64,000 bases of DNA from IMG/VR virus record IMGVR_UViG_3300037067_016725, positions 51,508 to 115,507 of that record. One strand, written 5' to 3'. The translations under genes were made by a program, and so were the position numbers. This DNA comes from a virus. Taxonomy: Duplodnaviria > Caudoviricetes. Under the pieces are notes generated by a model. That model had not been told where the DNA came from and ran no database searches. It worked only from the letters and a program-made list of their open reading frames with translations. Below are positions 20,115 through 29,620 of the stretch, piece by piece; the first letter of the stretch is position 1, and the number at the start of each line of letters is the position of its first letter.

Positions 20115-21293
20115 ATGGCCAACAAGACAATATCTAAGGCAGAAGTATTAAAGAACCTAAGGGAGTACTCCCTTGAGGCCTTGAAAGTCCTTAAGCTACT
20201 TAAGGAGATAAAATCCCTGCTTGAAAAGTACAATATCAATACCGACTATGAATGGGACTGGACTAAGGTTATAGGTGCCAAGCTAGGATGGGGAGATGCC
20301 TCAGCAAATACGGGTCTGCCCCCAGGGGATGCAGATGTTGGGGCCCACGTTTACCTGGTAAAAAGCAAAATAGAGGTAGTAAGGAAGACCTACTACTCAA
20401 AGTTTCCAGACCAGTTGGTGTATCTTAATCCAGAGAAGCTGCAATCCTTCAAATGCTTACCAACATCAGGAGCCCTGAACAATCCTGATATTTATGATGC
20501 TGTTAAGAGAAGCATTAAGGAGATGAATACCAAGCTAGATAGTATCGACGAAAAGATCATGGAGCTCAATAACCTAAGTGATACCGACACTGCTGACGCT
20601 AGTATATGGCAGAAGGCCCTTTCTGCTTTTACCTCAGTAGGGTATGCTAATGTCCTTAACTCCTTTACTACCGAGGAAAAGATAGTGCAGGATTTTAAGG
20701 AGAAGAGAATTACCCAGAACAACGAGCAGAAGAATGGGTATGTTACCATGGTTAATGGGGTGGCTGAGGGCAATAGCAGGTATTCCAGCTATGAAAAGTA
20801 TCTGCAGTCAGAGCTGTCTGGTTCTTCTAGCACCCCTGTGGGGCTAAATACAGTAGTCTTAGGGCTTACCCCCGTCCCAGCCTTAGGAACTAAATGGCTA
20901 TCTGACTTTAACATGTGGTGGGCAAGCCGACAAGCACCTAAGTCTATGGATATATGTAGTAACACTAAGTCCCCTATAGATGCGACATCCCTAAAAGCAG
21001 CACTTAAGGATAAGAACCTGGTGGTAAATGGACAAGTACAAAAGTCTGCAGCAGCGGAGGACAGCAGTCCCATACTAGGGGCGGAAATAGTCAATAGCCA
21101 AGATTTCATCATGCTATCTGCACGTTTTCACTTGGCCCTACAAAAGAATACCTCACTCACAGAAAAAGAGAGGGGAATGTACGAGGACCAGTTTAAGGCT
21201 TTAGAGCAAAGGGTCAAGACAAGCACCACAAGAGAGATGGTTCGTAATGCAATAAGGAGCATTAGTGACCTGACTAAGCAGGTATCAGGATAA
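20115..21293 (+). CDS. Hypothetical protein
   Basis: 392-aa helical ORF tightly packed in the operon. Confidence 0.6.
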   Translation: MANKTISKAEVLKNLREYSLEALKVLKLLKEIKSLLEKYNINTDYEWDWTKVIGAKLGWGDASANTGLPPGDADVGAHVYLVKSKIEVVRKTYYSKFPDQLVYLNPEKLQSFKCLPTSGALNNPDIYDAVKRSIKEMNTKLDSIDEKIMELNNLSDTDTADASIWQKALSAFTSVGYANVLNSFTTEEKIVQDFKEKRITQNNEQKNGYVTMVNGVAEGNSRYSSYEKYLQSELSGSSSTPVGLNTVVLGLTPVPALGTKWLSDFNMWWASRQAPKSMDICSNTKSPIDATSLKAALKDKNLVVNGQVQKSAAAEDSSPILGAEIVNSQDFIMLSARFHLALQKNTSLTEKERGMYEDQFKALEQRVKTSTTREMVRNAIRSISDLTKQVSG

Positions 21294-21364
21294 TCTTCTA
21301 ATCGGTAGCCACTTATCAGCACTTCCCTGTTCCTTGGTGTATCCATAGGAAGGTTCTGCTTTAT

Positions 21365-22105
21365 ATGGCTACAAAAGACATAAAAATTCAGAATGTATGC
21401 GACCATACCATATACGAGGAGATCCTGACCTTAAAACCGGATCGTCTAACCTTGTACCCCCAATTTCCGGTGGCTTCTAAGTCTTTTGCAGTATTGTCCA
21501 GGTTTGGGGAGGCCCTAGCAGCGGAGAGATACTCCTATGTGCAGGATAAGCAGCTGCTGTATGAAAACAAGTACTTTAAGATTGTTTTGACAGAGCCTGA
21601 GCTATACCTGTCCCCTATTTACACGCTAACCTATAGTACTTTCCCTCAATTCTGCCCCAAATGCTTGGAGACAGGTTTTGTGGACGATCTTGTAGAGGTA
21701 TCCCCAGGGGATGTCAAGATAGTGTCAGGGGCTTACTTACTCATCCAGCAAGTAGAAAAAACCATTGTGACCTCCTTGGGTACCAACAAGTACTATCCCT
21801 GGGCAGGGTGTGGTCTGAGTGGCTTGGTTGGCTCTAAGATAACAGATTTTCAAATTCTTAAGATGGAAATCGTGTCTAAGGTGCAAACTGCCCTGAATAA
21901 CTTGCGGACCATTCAGCAGAAGCATCAAGCTGTGAACCCCTCGGTATCACCTGACGAAGTGCTAAAAACTGTAGAAACAATAGAAGTCACACAGGATTCG
22001 TCTGACCAGACAATAATCAATTTGTTTGTTCAGTACACTAGCCAAAGTGGTAATCCCTATGATTACACTCAGATTTTGGAACTAACAAACTATAGGGCTA
22101 GGTAG
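21365..22105 (+). CDS. Baseplate wedge/sheath initiator protein (gp25/gpW-like)
   Basis: C-terminal pattern LIQQVEKTIVTSLGTNKYYPWAGCGLSGLVG...VQTAL...IEVT...LFVQY; CPKC motif; immediately upstream of J-like gene. Confidence 0.7.
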   Translation: MATKDIKIQNVCDHTIYEEILTLKPDRLTLYPQFPVASKSFAVLSRFGEALAAERYSYVQDKQLLYENKYFKIVLTEPELYLSPIYTLTYSTFPQFCPKCLETGFVDDLVEVSPGDVKIVSGAYLLIQQVEKTIVTSLGTNKYYPWAGCGLSGLVGSKITDFQILKMEIVSKVQTALNNLRTIQQKHQAVNPSVSPDEVLKTVETIEVTQDSSDQTIINLFVQYTSQSGNPYDYTQILELTNYRAR

Positions 22106-22107
22106 AC

Positions 22108-25100
22108 ATGGCTATAAGTTCACCTGTTATTATCGTACCAACTGATTTGGATAGCTTCCGGACTACCTCAAAGTCACAGCTAATTTCTGGTACTTTTGTA
22201 TCCAGCGAGGCGTCTACTGTAAAGTATCGCTACGACATCATTAGCACAGGAACAAGCGAGGAGCCTAATTTCAGTGGCTCATTAAGAGACGAGGCCATGA
22301 CCATCATGACCAGTGGGGCGGTCAGCACCGTGTCCACTGATGTTCCTTGGTCTTTTAATGCCTCTTATCTGAATGAAAGCCTGTACAAGGGTAAAACCCT
22401 TTGTTTAGCTTTTTACTCGGTAAATGAAGGTACTGGGGAGGTAAGCATCCCCTCCTACATCCAAATGATTTTTACCACGATAGCTGACAGGGTAACCTCG
22501 GCTCCTACCCCCACTGGGATAGAGGTGCGTAGAAATAATGCATACCTGGAAGTCTCTTGCTCGGAAGTAGATACCACGGGGTACAACGGAACCTTCCTAG
22601 GGTATAACTTCTATGTTGCAACTGTAGCGGGAGGCGGGGCCCAAGGGTACTCCCTGATAAATAGTTCCTATGTCACGATTCCTTCTGGAGTGAGAACAGT
22701 AGAAGTACCTACTTCTAATACAGTCTCTTCCTCTGGTGGAGTGTCTGTTGAAACAACAGTTACAACAGCCCTTACCTCTAAGGAATACTCTAGCCAGTTG
22801 ACCGGGGCTATCCTGAGCAAACTGACAGCAGCATCACAACTGGCCAATTCCACTTATGATGCTAATACTACTTTTTACTTCACTGCCACCTCTTTGATGT
22901 ACGACAATACCTTAGGGTATGTGGTCGAGAGCCCCTATTCTGTGGAGGTCAGTGGAAGGTTCCTTAACTTTGCTGCGGTATACAACCAGATCCCTGAGAG
23001 AAACAGGGACCAGATAGTATCTTCCCTGATTCGTAGGGTCTTAGGAATAAGTGATAACGCTAGCCTTATGCCCACTACTGTTTACAAGGATCTTTTGGAC
23101 CCAGTGAGTGAGGAATTTGCATCTTACTATGTTATCCAGGATTTTCTAGCACAGACAGAATCCTTTAGAACCCTGGTGATGTTTGATGATGAAAATGGGG
23201 ACGGAGTCTCTGACCCCGTAAATGCTTCAGTCAAGAAATCGAAGTTGATGGCTGCCCTCAAGGTGAGCAACACAGATGTTGTTCAGAATTTAATCAACTC
23301 CTTCTTTGATCTAAGAGCATCTAACCATGAGATAACGAGAATGGGGGCAGTAGCCTCGTCAGGGACTGCAACCCTGTACGCTTCTGATATTCCCGTGGAA
23401 GGTCTTCTCATTAATGATGGGTCTGTTATTTCTACAGGGTCGGGGTATAGTTCTAGTGGTGGGTCGGTGAGGTTCCTAATAAAGGGGACCCGTAAGATGT
23501 ACTACAGCACTAAGAGTACCTACTACAACTCGGTAACAAAGAGATATGAGATTGAAGTAGACATTGTTGCCTATGTTCCAGGTATTCTAGGTAATGTCTC
23601 TGCGGGTGCTATTACCCAGATGGTTTCCGGTTGTGATCCTCGTCTGAAGGTAGTGAACAACGCTCCTACATACGGTGGGGCGGACTCTGAAAGCAATCTA
23701 TCCCTGGCAAATAGGGCCCAGCTGGCTATTGCTGGTTTGGATACTGGTACTAGGGGAGGCTATCTGCTTAAGTCCCTAGGAGTTCCAGGAGTCCGGTCAG
23801 CCAAAGTGGTCCAGGCAGGTGATGACATGATGATCAGGGATATTGACCCTGACACAGGTAGACACTTGGGTGGTAAGGTTGATATCTATGTCGAGACCTT
23901 TAGCACAGAAGAAAAACAGGATATCATTGCATTCTCCTATAATGGACCTGCCGGGGCAAATGCTGGAGAAAGGTTCTATGTGGAAGATGCCACTAACTTC
24001 CTAATCAGGACTACAAACCCCCTGGTTACTCCGGCAACACCTATCTTTGAAGTTATCAAGGTTGTTAATGTTACTCGTAGCAAGTCTTATGACCTAGCTG
24101 GGGTAGTTGCAGGACTGGGTGATGGTGATAGCATTCAGCTATCTCTTAATACCTGGAACCTTACAGTGGGTTTAGCTACTAAGGATGTTATCGAGGTGGA
24201 CTATCGTTATAGGGGGTCTAACACCTATGTCCTGGATAACCAGCCCGTTGAAAGTATTGTTTCTGTGGTAGGGGACATAGATGGAACTCTCCCTACAGCT
24301 AGTTTTTCCTTGGTAAAATTGGAGGATCCTCTGCAACTAGGAAACTCCACCCAGGCAAGAGACGGTGTGGCAATACAGTTTTACAATGGTTTTCCTTCGG
24401 AATCCATTCGCCAGGTAGAAGCAGAACCCCATCCCTTTTTCAGCACAAACCCAATTAAGCTGGCCAAGAAAGGGGTGGACACAGACACGGTAATTGTCAC
24501 CTCCGATGAGAATGGTATATTCGAGTATGATAAGGACACAGACTACACAATAGGAAGGGGTGGCCAAGAGGGATATACCTATCTCTATCTCCAACCCTAT
24601 AGCAAGATACGCTCAGGGTCTGTTGTATATGTAAGCTATCAGCACTCCCAGAATCTTTCTGTGACCTATACCGTTAATGGGGCCCTAAGTAGGGTCCAGA
24701 CCATAGTGGATCAGTTCAAACATGGTGTTGCTGATGCTGTGGTAAAAGGGTGTGTCCGTAACGAAGTGGATATTTACCTGAAGGTTATAAGGGAAAAGGG
24801 GTACAGCGAGGCAAGCATCGTTGCCCAGATTCAGACGATACTTGGAAACTACATCAGCTCCCAAAAAGTTGGCCAAGGGGTCAACATGGATGATGTCATC
24901 AAAAAGGTTAAGGATGTCAAAGGTGTTCGTACTTTGTCCTTGCCCCTAGCTAGGATGATGAAGAAGAATGGGTCCTTGATAAAGAAGGATTACATAGGTT
25001 ACGCTGACTTCAAGGTATATAGCACCAATGCGGGCAAAGGTATAACCTCCTACATCACAGTGGATCCTGTTCTAAACTATGGGACAGTGGAAGGAGGGGG

Positions 25101-25389
25101 GTCTACGGGATTGTTCAAGGGTGTTTATGAAGGAGAGCAGGCCCTGGTATCCGCGGATAGTCCCTTAGGAGTATCCATTGCTGCGGGAAGGTCTTACATC
25201 CGTTCTGATGGAAGGATAATTGTGAGCACCTTTGATGGGACACCTCCACAGACCCATGAATATTGGGCTACATACTATACTTATGTGGCACCCGGGGAAG
25301 AATTTGCTTCAGATCTGGAAGCAATGGAGACAGAAAGCTTAGTGGTAGGCAGTGACAGCATCACAGTAGATGCTTCCACAGAAACTTAA
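22108..25389 (+). CDS. Baseplate J-like wedge protein (T4 gp6-like)
   Basis: PGILGNVSAGAIT, VVNNAPTYGGADSESNLSLANR, GVPGVRSAKVV, GKVDIYV and C-terminal YISSQKVGQGV..IKKVKDVKGV are J-family hallmarks. Confidence 0.85.
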   Translation: MAISSPVIIVPTDLDSFRTTSKSQLISGTFVSSEASTVKYRYDIISTGTSEEPNFSGSLRDEAMTIMTSGAVSTVSTDVPWSFNASYLNESLYKGKTLCLAFYSVNEGTGEVSIPSYIQMIFTTIADRVTSAPTPTGIEVRRNNAYLEVSCSEVDTTGYNGTFLGYNFYVATVAGGGAQGYSLINSSYVTIPSGVRTVEVPTSNTVSSSGGVSVETTVTTALTSKEYSSQLTGAILSKLTAASQLANSTYDANTTFYFTATSLMYDNTLGYVVESPYSVEVSGRFLNFAAVYNQIPERNRDQIVSSLIRRVLGISDNASLMPTTVYKDLLDPVSEEFASYYVIQDFLAQTESFRTLVMFDDENGDGVSDPVNASVKKSKLMAALKVSNTDVVQNLINSFFDLRASNHEITRMGAVASSGTATLYASDIPVEGLLINDGSVISTGSGYSSSGGSVRFLIKGTRKMYYSTKSTYYNSVTKRYEIEVDIVAYVPGILGNVSAGAITQMVSGCDPRLKVVNNAPTYGGADSESNLSLANRAQLAIAGLDTGTRGGYLLKSLGVPGVRSAKVVQAGDDMMIRDIDPDTGRHLGGKVDIYVETFSTEEKQDIIAFSYNGPAGANAGERFYVEDATNFLIRTTNPLVTPATPIFEVIKVVNVTRSKSYDLAGVVAGLGDGDSIQLSLNTWNLTVGLATKDVIEVDYRYRGSNTYVLDNQPVESIVSVVGDIDGTLPTASFSLVKLEDPLQLGNSTQARDGVAIQFYNGFPSESIRQVEAEPHPFFSTNPIKLAKKGVDTDTVIVTSDENGIFEYDKDTDYTIGRGGQEGYTYLYLQPYSKIRSGSVVYVSYQHSQNLSVTYTVNGALSRVQTIVDQFKHGVADAVVKGCVRNEVDIYLKVIREKGYSEASIVAQIQTILGNYISSQKVGQGVNMDDVIKKVKDVKGVRTLSLPLARMMKKNGSLIKKDYIGYADFKVYSTNAGKGITSYITVDPVLNYGTVEGGGSTGLFKGVYEGEQALVSADSPLGVSIAAGRSYIRSDGRIIVSTFDGTPPQTHEYWATYYTYVAPGEEFASDLEAMETESLVVGSDSITVDASTET

Positions 25390-25408
25390 TGAGATAGGTG
25401 TATAAAAA

Positions 25409-28400
25409 ATGGCAAAGAACCTTGGAACCGATGTTTCTTATACCTTCGACAACGAAGGGTACAACTATGACTCTGTGGTGTATCAGGCAGGAAAGCCCAT
25501 ACTTGATGCCGAACTTAACCTGCAGCAGCAGCTTCAGGAGGACCTTACTCGTAAGGTCGCCCTTAACCACGGGTCGGGATGGGCCTCTTTCAGAGAACCC
25601 TATGCTAAGCCCGGGATCACAGAAGCCTTTTATACTCAGGATCCTTCAAACCCCATTCCCGAGATGGCAGTAGTCAATGGGTGGCCTGTATATGTGACAG
25701 GTACCCAGGATGTACGCAAGAATGTCAACAAAGTAGACATGAGCGAATTTCCTTTGGTGGCAGGCGCTCGGGCAGATGGAGTGTTCCTGGAGGTATGGAG
25801 AGGTCTGATAGATGACCAGACCTCAGGAATAACAACTCCTACCGACATCACTGTAATAGGGGCTCTACGAACAGTTTGTACAGTGAATGCAAACCTAGCC
25901 TGGGCTGCAGGGGATAATGGAATTCTTCTAAAGACAGATAGTGCCGGGGTCACCTGGAAGTCTCAGCCTTCCCCGACTTCCTATGCTATTCGTGCCATTA
26001 AGTTCATCACGGAAACCGTGGGGTTCCTGGCGGGTGACAATGGCATGCTATACAAGACAGAGAATGCGGGTCTTAGCTGGGATAAGATATCCTTGCCTGT
26101 TGCTGACAGCATTTATGATATGACCATAGTAAGTGACACCCTAATGATTCTTGTTGGGAGTAAGGGAACAGTTCTAAGGTCTACAGATATGGAGAACTTT
26201 GTACTTGTGGAAAGTACAGGACAGGCTATCGAAGATCTTTTATCCGTCAACTTCTATACAGAGTATTTGGGGTGGGCTTGTGGGGCTAATGGTGTTTACC
26301 TAAGGACTATTGATGGGGGCCTTAAATGGGATGTTTACAATGTCTACATCCCCGATCCCTCGGATAAGAAAAAGCTGGTGCTGGTCACAGAGCAGCTAAA
26401 CAGTGTCCGATTCTCTAACATGAGCGATGGGTGGATGGTAGGTAACAATGGTTTGATCCTTCGTACAACGGACGGGGGTAATCATTGGGCTGACATATCC
26501 AATTACATCTTTGATGACGCCTCTTCCTCGTATGGTTCCACTTCTAATGACTTGAACAGGATTGAAATTGTTCCTACCTATCCTCTTCAAGTAACCATGA
26601 GCATACGAAACCCTAGTGTGATCTATGCGGTGACATACACCATCAGCCCAACCAAGCTGACACTATCTTATGCCACGCAAGCGGACCCCACAACCTCGAT
26701 AGATTGTGAGCCTTTGCTTCTAGCGGAGTATGCCACGGACGAAGAACTGGTAGCGGCCATCAATAATGTAAAGGTAGATGGCCTTTACCTGGTAGATGCC
26801 AGCTTAAGCTATACCTCCTCTAGCTATACCTACCACTCAGTTTCTGGAACTGTGAAGGGTTCTGAATCACTGGATATGAAATTTTCCTTAGGGGATGTAG
26901 CTTGGATTGCTGGGGATAATGGCATGATGCTATATACCTCCAATGGAGGCGCTCGATGGAAAGTTGTGGATGTCGCAGCTTCCTTTGACCTCTATGGTAT
27001 TTCTTTCTTGGACATAAACACAGGATGGGCTGTAGGGGATGAAGGAGAAATCTCTAGCTACCTATCCAGTAGGACCACCCAGTGGGAGGGTCAGGACACT
27101 AATCTTGTTAAGCAGATACAAAGAAAGGTGTACCCCTATGGAAACCTAAGTGCCCCTGCTACTTTGTTTTTGGCCAATGATAGCATCCACCCCGACATTA
27201 AAGTGGAGACAACTGCTCGCACCCAGATTCAGTATAGGATTAGGGTAGTGGAGGCCATTGACATTCAAAACTTCAGGAACTCGGGCCTAGGAGCACCCTA
27301 TGTGTTTAGTAGGGGCCCTAACTCTACAGTTATCACTGCAGGTAGCTACCCCTATGAAAATATGGGGGCAGTCAATGGTGACTATACTTTGTGGAGAGCC
27401 CCTTGTAGAAATACAGTGGATGGGTTTAGCTATGCTATACCTATGTTTGTCGTGTCACGCAGAAACAAGCAAGCATATAATCCAACTACAAATGTGAATG
27501 GTTCCTCAGATGATTCCCTGAATGCAATTCGACCTGACGGGCTTATCTATGAAGACATCGTTTCCGACGACATCCTTGATGTAAGAAGGAAGATCTTTGA
27601 CATATCCACATCGGAGCTGCTAGGTAGAAGCTTTGACGACCTGTTAAAGGGGAATCTGAATACCTCTATGATAAATTCTCCTACAAGGGGAGGACAGATA
27701 GGCAGCCTGCTCACTTATGTGGATGAGTTCGCAGGAACGGCTATGGCCGGGTTCTATACGGGTAACTTCAATTCTCAGGCCATTCCAGGGGTAACTGCTT
27801 TTGCAGGAGATGACCCTAATGGTATTGTTGGTGTTACTGGGTATACCCCCGCGAATGCCTTGTTCACCTCTCTGGTGGATGGTATGTACCATCATTCTCC
27901 TGACTACTACTCTGCTACATACGTTAGCACTGACAGCACTACCGCGGGTCTTAGCGGACAGAACATTCCTGGCTTTTTCACGGGAATGGGAACAACCCAA
28001 GCCCAGTTTGTATTCTATGGGGAATCAGGCATTGCTGGGGCTGGAGTTAACTACAAAATTCAGGGTGCGTACATAGACTACCACAATGTGGCACTGTCTA
28101 GGACCCCAAATAAACCTCTACAGGTTAAGAACTACTCTGCAGGAAACCCTATCCAGTCCGTTAGCTATAATGGGATAGGTAAGGGAGTTGGTAGCCAGGT
28201 TGTCCGCCAGCTTACCACAGGTGTGGGGGAGCTGTATGACTTTGTTGAGATGACTGCAGAGTCCTTTGGTGAAGAGCCCAAAGTATGTGGATCCATGGTA
28301 AGACTTCATATCTATCGTGAGATCACGGAAAATACTACAACCCTTACAGTTCCCAAGAATATTGAAGGTTTCTTCATTATGGGAATACACAGGATAGTAA

Positions 28401-29608
28401 ATGCTTCTGATGGTGGAGTGTATAGGGTAGCCAACATCTTGGGACATGACGGAGAAGACTATACCTCTATGGTTGTGACTCTATCTCCGACCTATACCAT
28501 AGTAAAGGACTCTATCATTGAGATAGTAGCTGAGGTAACTACCCCTAGCAGCACTACAGCTACTGCGGTGTCCTTGGGTTTCTCCACAATAGATAAGGGA
28601 GAAACTGTAGATGCAACGAGGAACCCTTTTGTTTCTGTCTTTGACAAGACAGTGAGAGGAGTGGACTCCTTGTATAAAGGGGTTCTGGTAACCATGAATT
28701 TGGGGAATAGCATAGGCGGGAATACCGCAGCTAATGTGTATACCTTTGACGGAAGCGAAGGGGATGTCCAGGCTTTTGGTGCTATGACCTTTCCTACCCT
28801 GGAAGGGAACAACAAGTACTATGCTTGGGCAGTAGAAACAAGCAACAACTCAAGCTACATTGCTTCCACTGTTATGGTAGAGCCTACCTTTAACAGTGAA
28901 GGGTATATTGAGAGTGTTCAGGCAGTCCTTGAGGATTACACAGCAGGTAGTCTGCCAAGCAAGATCTTGCTGGGTGTGCTAGCTAAGGAGACAAACTCCC
29001 TAAGCACTAATCCTGGTGTGTATGTGTCATATAAGACACAGGCTCCTCAGACAATCTATCCCTTACCTAGCACGATAGACTTGAAGATCATTGAGTGCTA
29101 TTCACACATGGTTCTCACCTCTATCGGAAATGGTGGTGGCTACAGGTGCCCATACTTTGATAATCCTTTGGAGCAGATACCTACCTTTGATAAGGTTTCA
29201 AATCAGTCCTTCTTCTTTAACCTATTTGGCTTGAAGTTCAATTCCTTCACTGAAGACGAGGGGCATGTGACTCTCCCTATGAGGGTGTGCAGACACCCTG
29301 GTGGAATTGTTACTTTGTCTGGGACGGGTATGGATCCTATGGGTAGGACCTACTACACGAAGAGCTCGGAAAATATGACTTTCAAGGGAGAGAGCTTATC
29401 TTTGGGTAATCCTCGAAAGATGGTTGTCCCTATGCTGGTGAAAGTAGTTTCAGACATGGTTTCTCCTGTGCTTAGAGGGGAACTTCTTTTGGCTCTAGTG
29501 GCAACCTACGACAATACCACTTTAGAGAACGAGATATTCATGGGCCCTAGTGCAGGTAGGTCAGTAATGTCCCTGTACAAGGTGCCTGGTTTGCCGGTTC
29601 TAAAGTGA
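25409..29608 (+). CDS. Tail/baseplate protein with inserted 7-bladed Ycf48/BNR-like beta-propeller
   Basis: N-terminal VYQAGKPILDAELN motif; seven WxxGxxGxIL[KR]TxDGGxxW-type blades; core motifs FLEVWR, QYRIR, DGFSYAIPMF, RPDG shared with 35080..38451. Confidence 0.7.
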   Translation: MAKNLGTDVSYTFDNEGYNYDSVVYQAGKPILDAELNLQQQLQEDLTRKVALNHGSGWASFREPYAKPGITEAFYTQDPSNPIPEMAVVNGWPVYVTGTQDVRKNVNKVDMSEFPLVAGARADGVFLEVWRGLIDDQTSGITTPTDITVIGALRTVCTVNANLAWAAGDNGILLKTDSAGVTWKSQPSPTSYAIRAIKFITETVGFLAGDNGMLYKTENAGLSWDKISLPVADSIYDMTIVSDTLMILVGSKGTVLRSTDMENFVLVESTGQAIEDLLSVNFYTEYLGWACGANGVYLRTIDGGLKWDVYNVYIPDPSDKKKLVLVTEQLNSVRFSNMSDGWMVGNNGLILRTTDGGNHWADISNYIFDDASSSYGSTSNDLNRIEIVPTYPLQVTMSIRNPSVIYAVTYTISPTKLTLSYATQADPTTSIDCEPLLLAEYATDEELVAAINNVKVDGLYLVDASLSYTSSSYTYHSVSGTVKGSESLDMKFSLGDVAWIAGDNGMMLYTSNGGARWKVVDVAASFDLYGISFLDINTGWAVGDEGEISSYLSSRTTQWEGQDTNLVKQIQRKVYPYGNLSAPATLFLANDSIHPDIKVETTARTQIQYRIRVVEAIDIQNFRNSGLGAPYVFSRGPNSTVITAGSYPYENMGAVNGDYTLWRAPCRNTVDGFSYAIPMFVVSRRNKQAYNPTTNVNGSSDDSLNAIRPDGLIYEDIVSDDILDVRRKIFDISTSELLGRSFDDLLKGNLNTSMINSPTRGGQIGSLLTYVDEFAGTAMAGFYTGNFNSQAIPGVTAFAGDDPNGIVGVTGYTPANALFTSLVDGMYHHSPDYYSATYVSTDSTTAGLSGQNIPGFFTGMGTTQAQFVFYGESGIAGAGVNYKIQGAYIDYHNVALSRTPNKPLQVKNYSAGNPIQSVSYNGIGKGVGSQVVRQLTTGVGELYDFVEMTAESFGEEPKVCGSMVRLHIYREITENTTTLTVPKNIEGFFIMGIHRIVNASDGGVYRVANILGHDGEDYTSMVVTLSPTYTIVKDSIIEIVAEVTTPSSTTATAVSLGFSTIDKGETVDATRNPFVSVFDKTVRGVDSLYKGVLVTMNLGNSIGGNTAANVYTFDGSEGDVQAFGAMTFPTLEGNNKYYAWAVETSNNSSYIASTVMVEPTFNSEGYIESVQAVLEDYTAGSLPSKILLGVLAKETNSLSTNPGVYVSYKTQAPQTIYPLPSTIDLKIIECYSHMVLTSIGNGGGYRCPYFDNPLEQIPTFDKVSNQSFFFNLFGLKFNSFTEDEGHVTLPMRVCRHPGGIVTLSGTGMDPMGRTYYTKSSENMTFKGESLSLGNPRKMVVPMLVKVVSDMVSPVLRGELLLALVATYDNTTLENEIFMGPSAGRSVMSLYKVPGLPVLK

Positions 29609-29620
29609 TAGGGGATTGAG

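Noticed and set aside
21295-21305. Possible late promoter motif TCTTYTAAT (similar at ~55150)
   Set aside because: Too few and too degenerate copies to support
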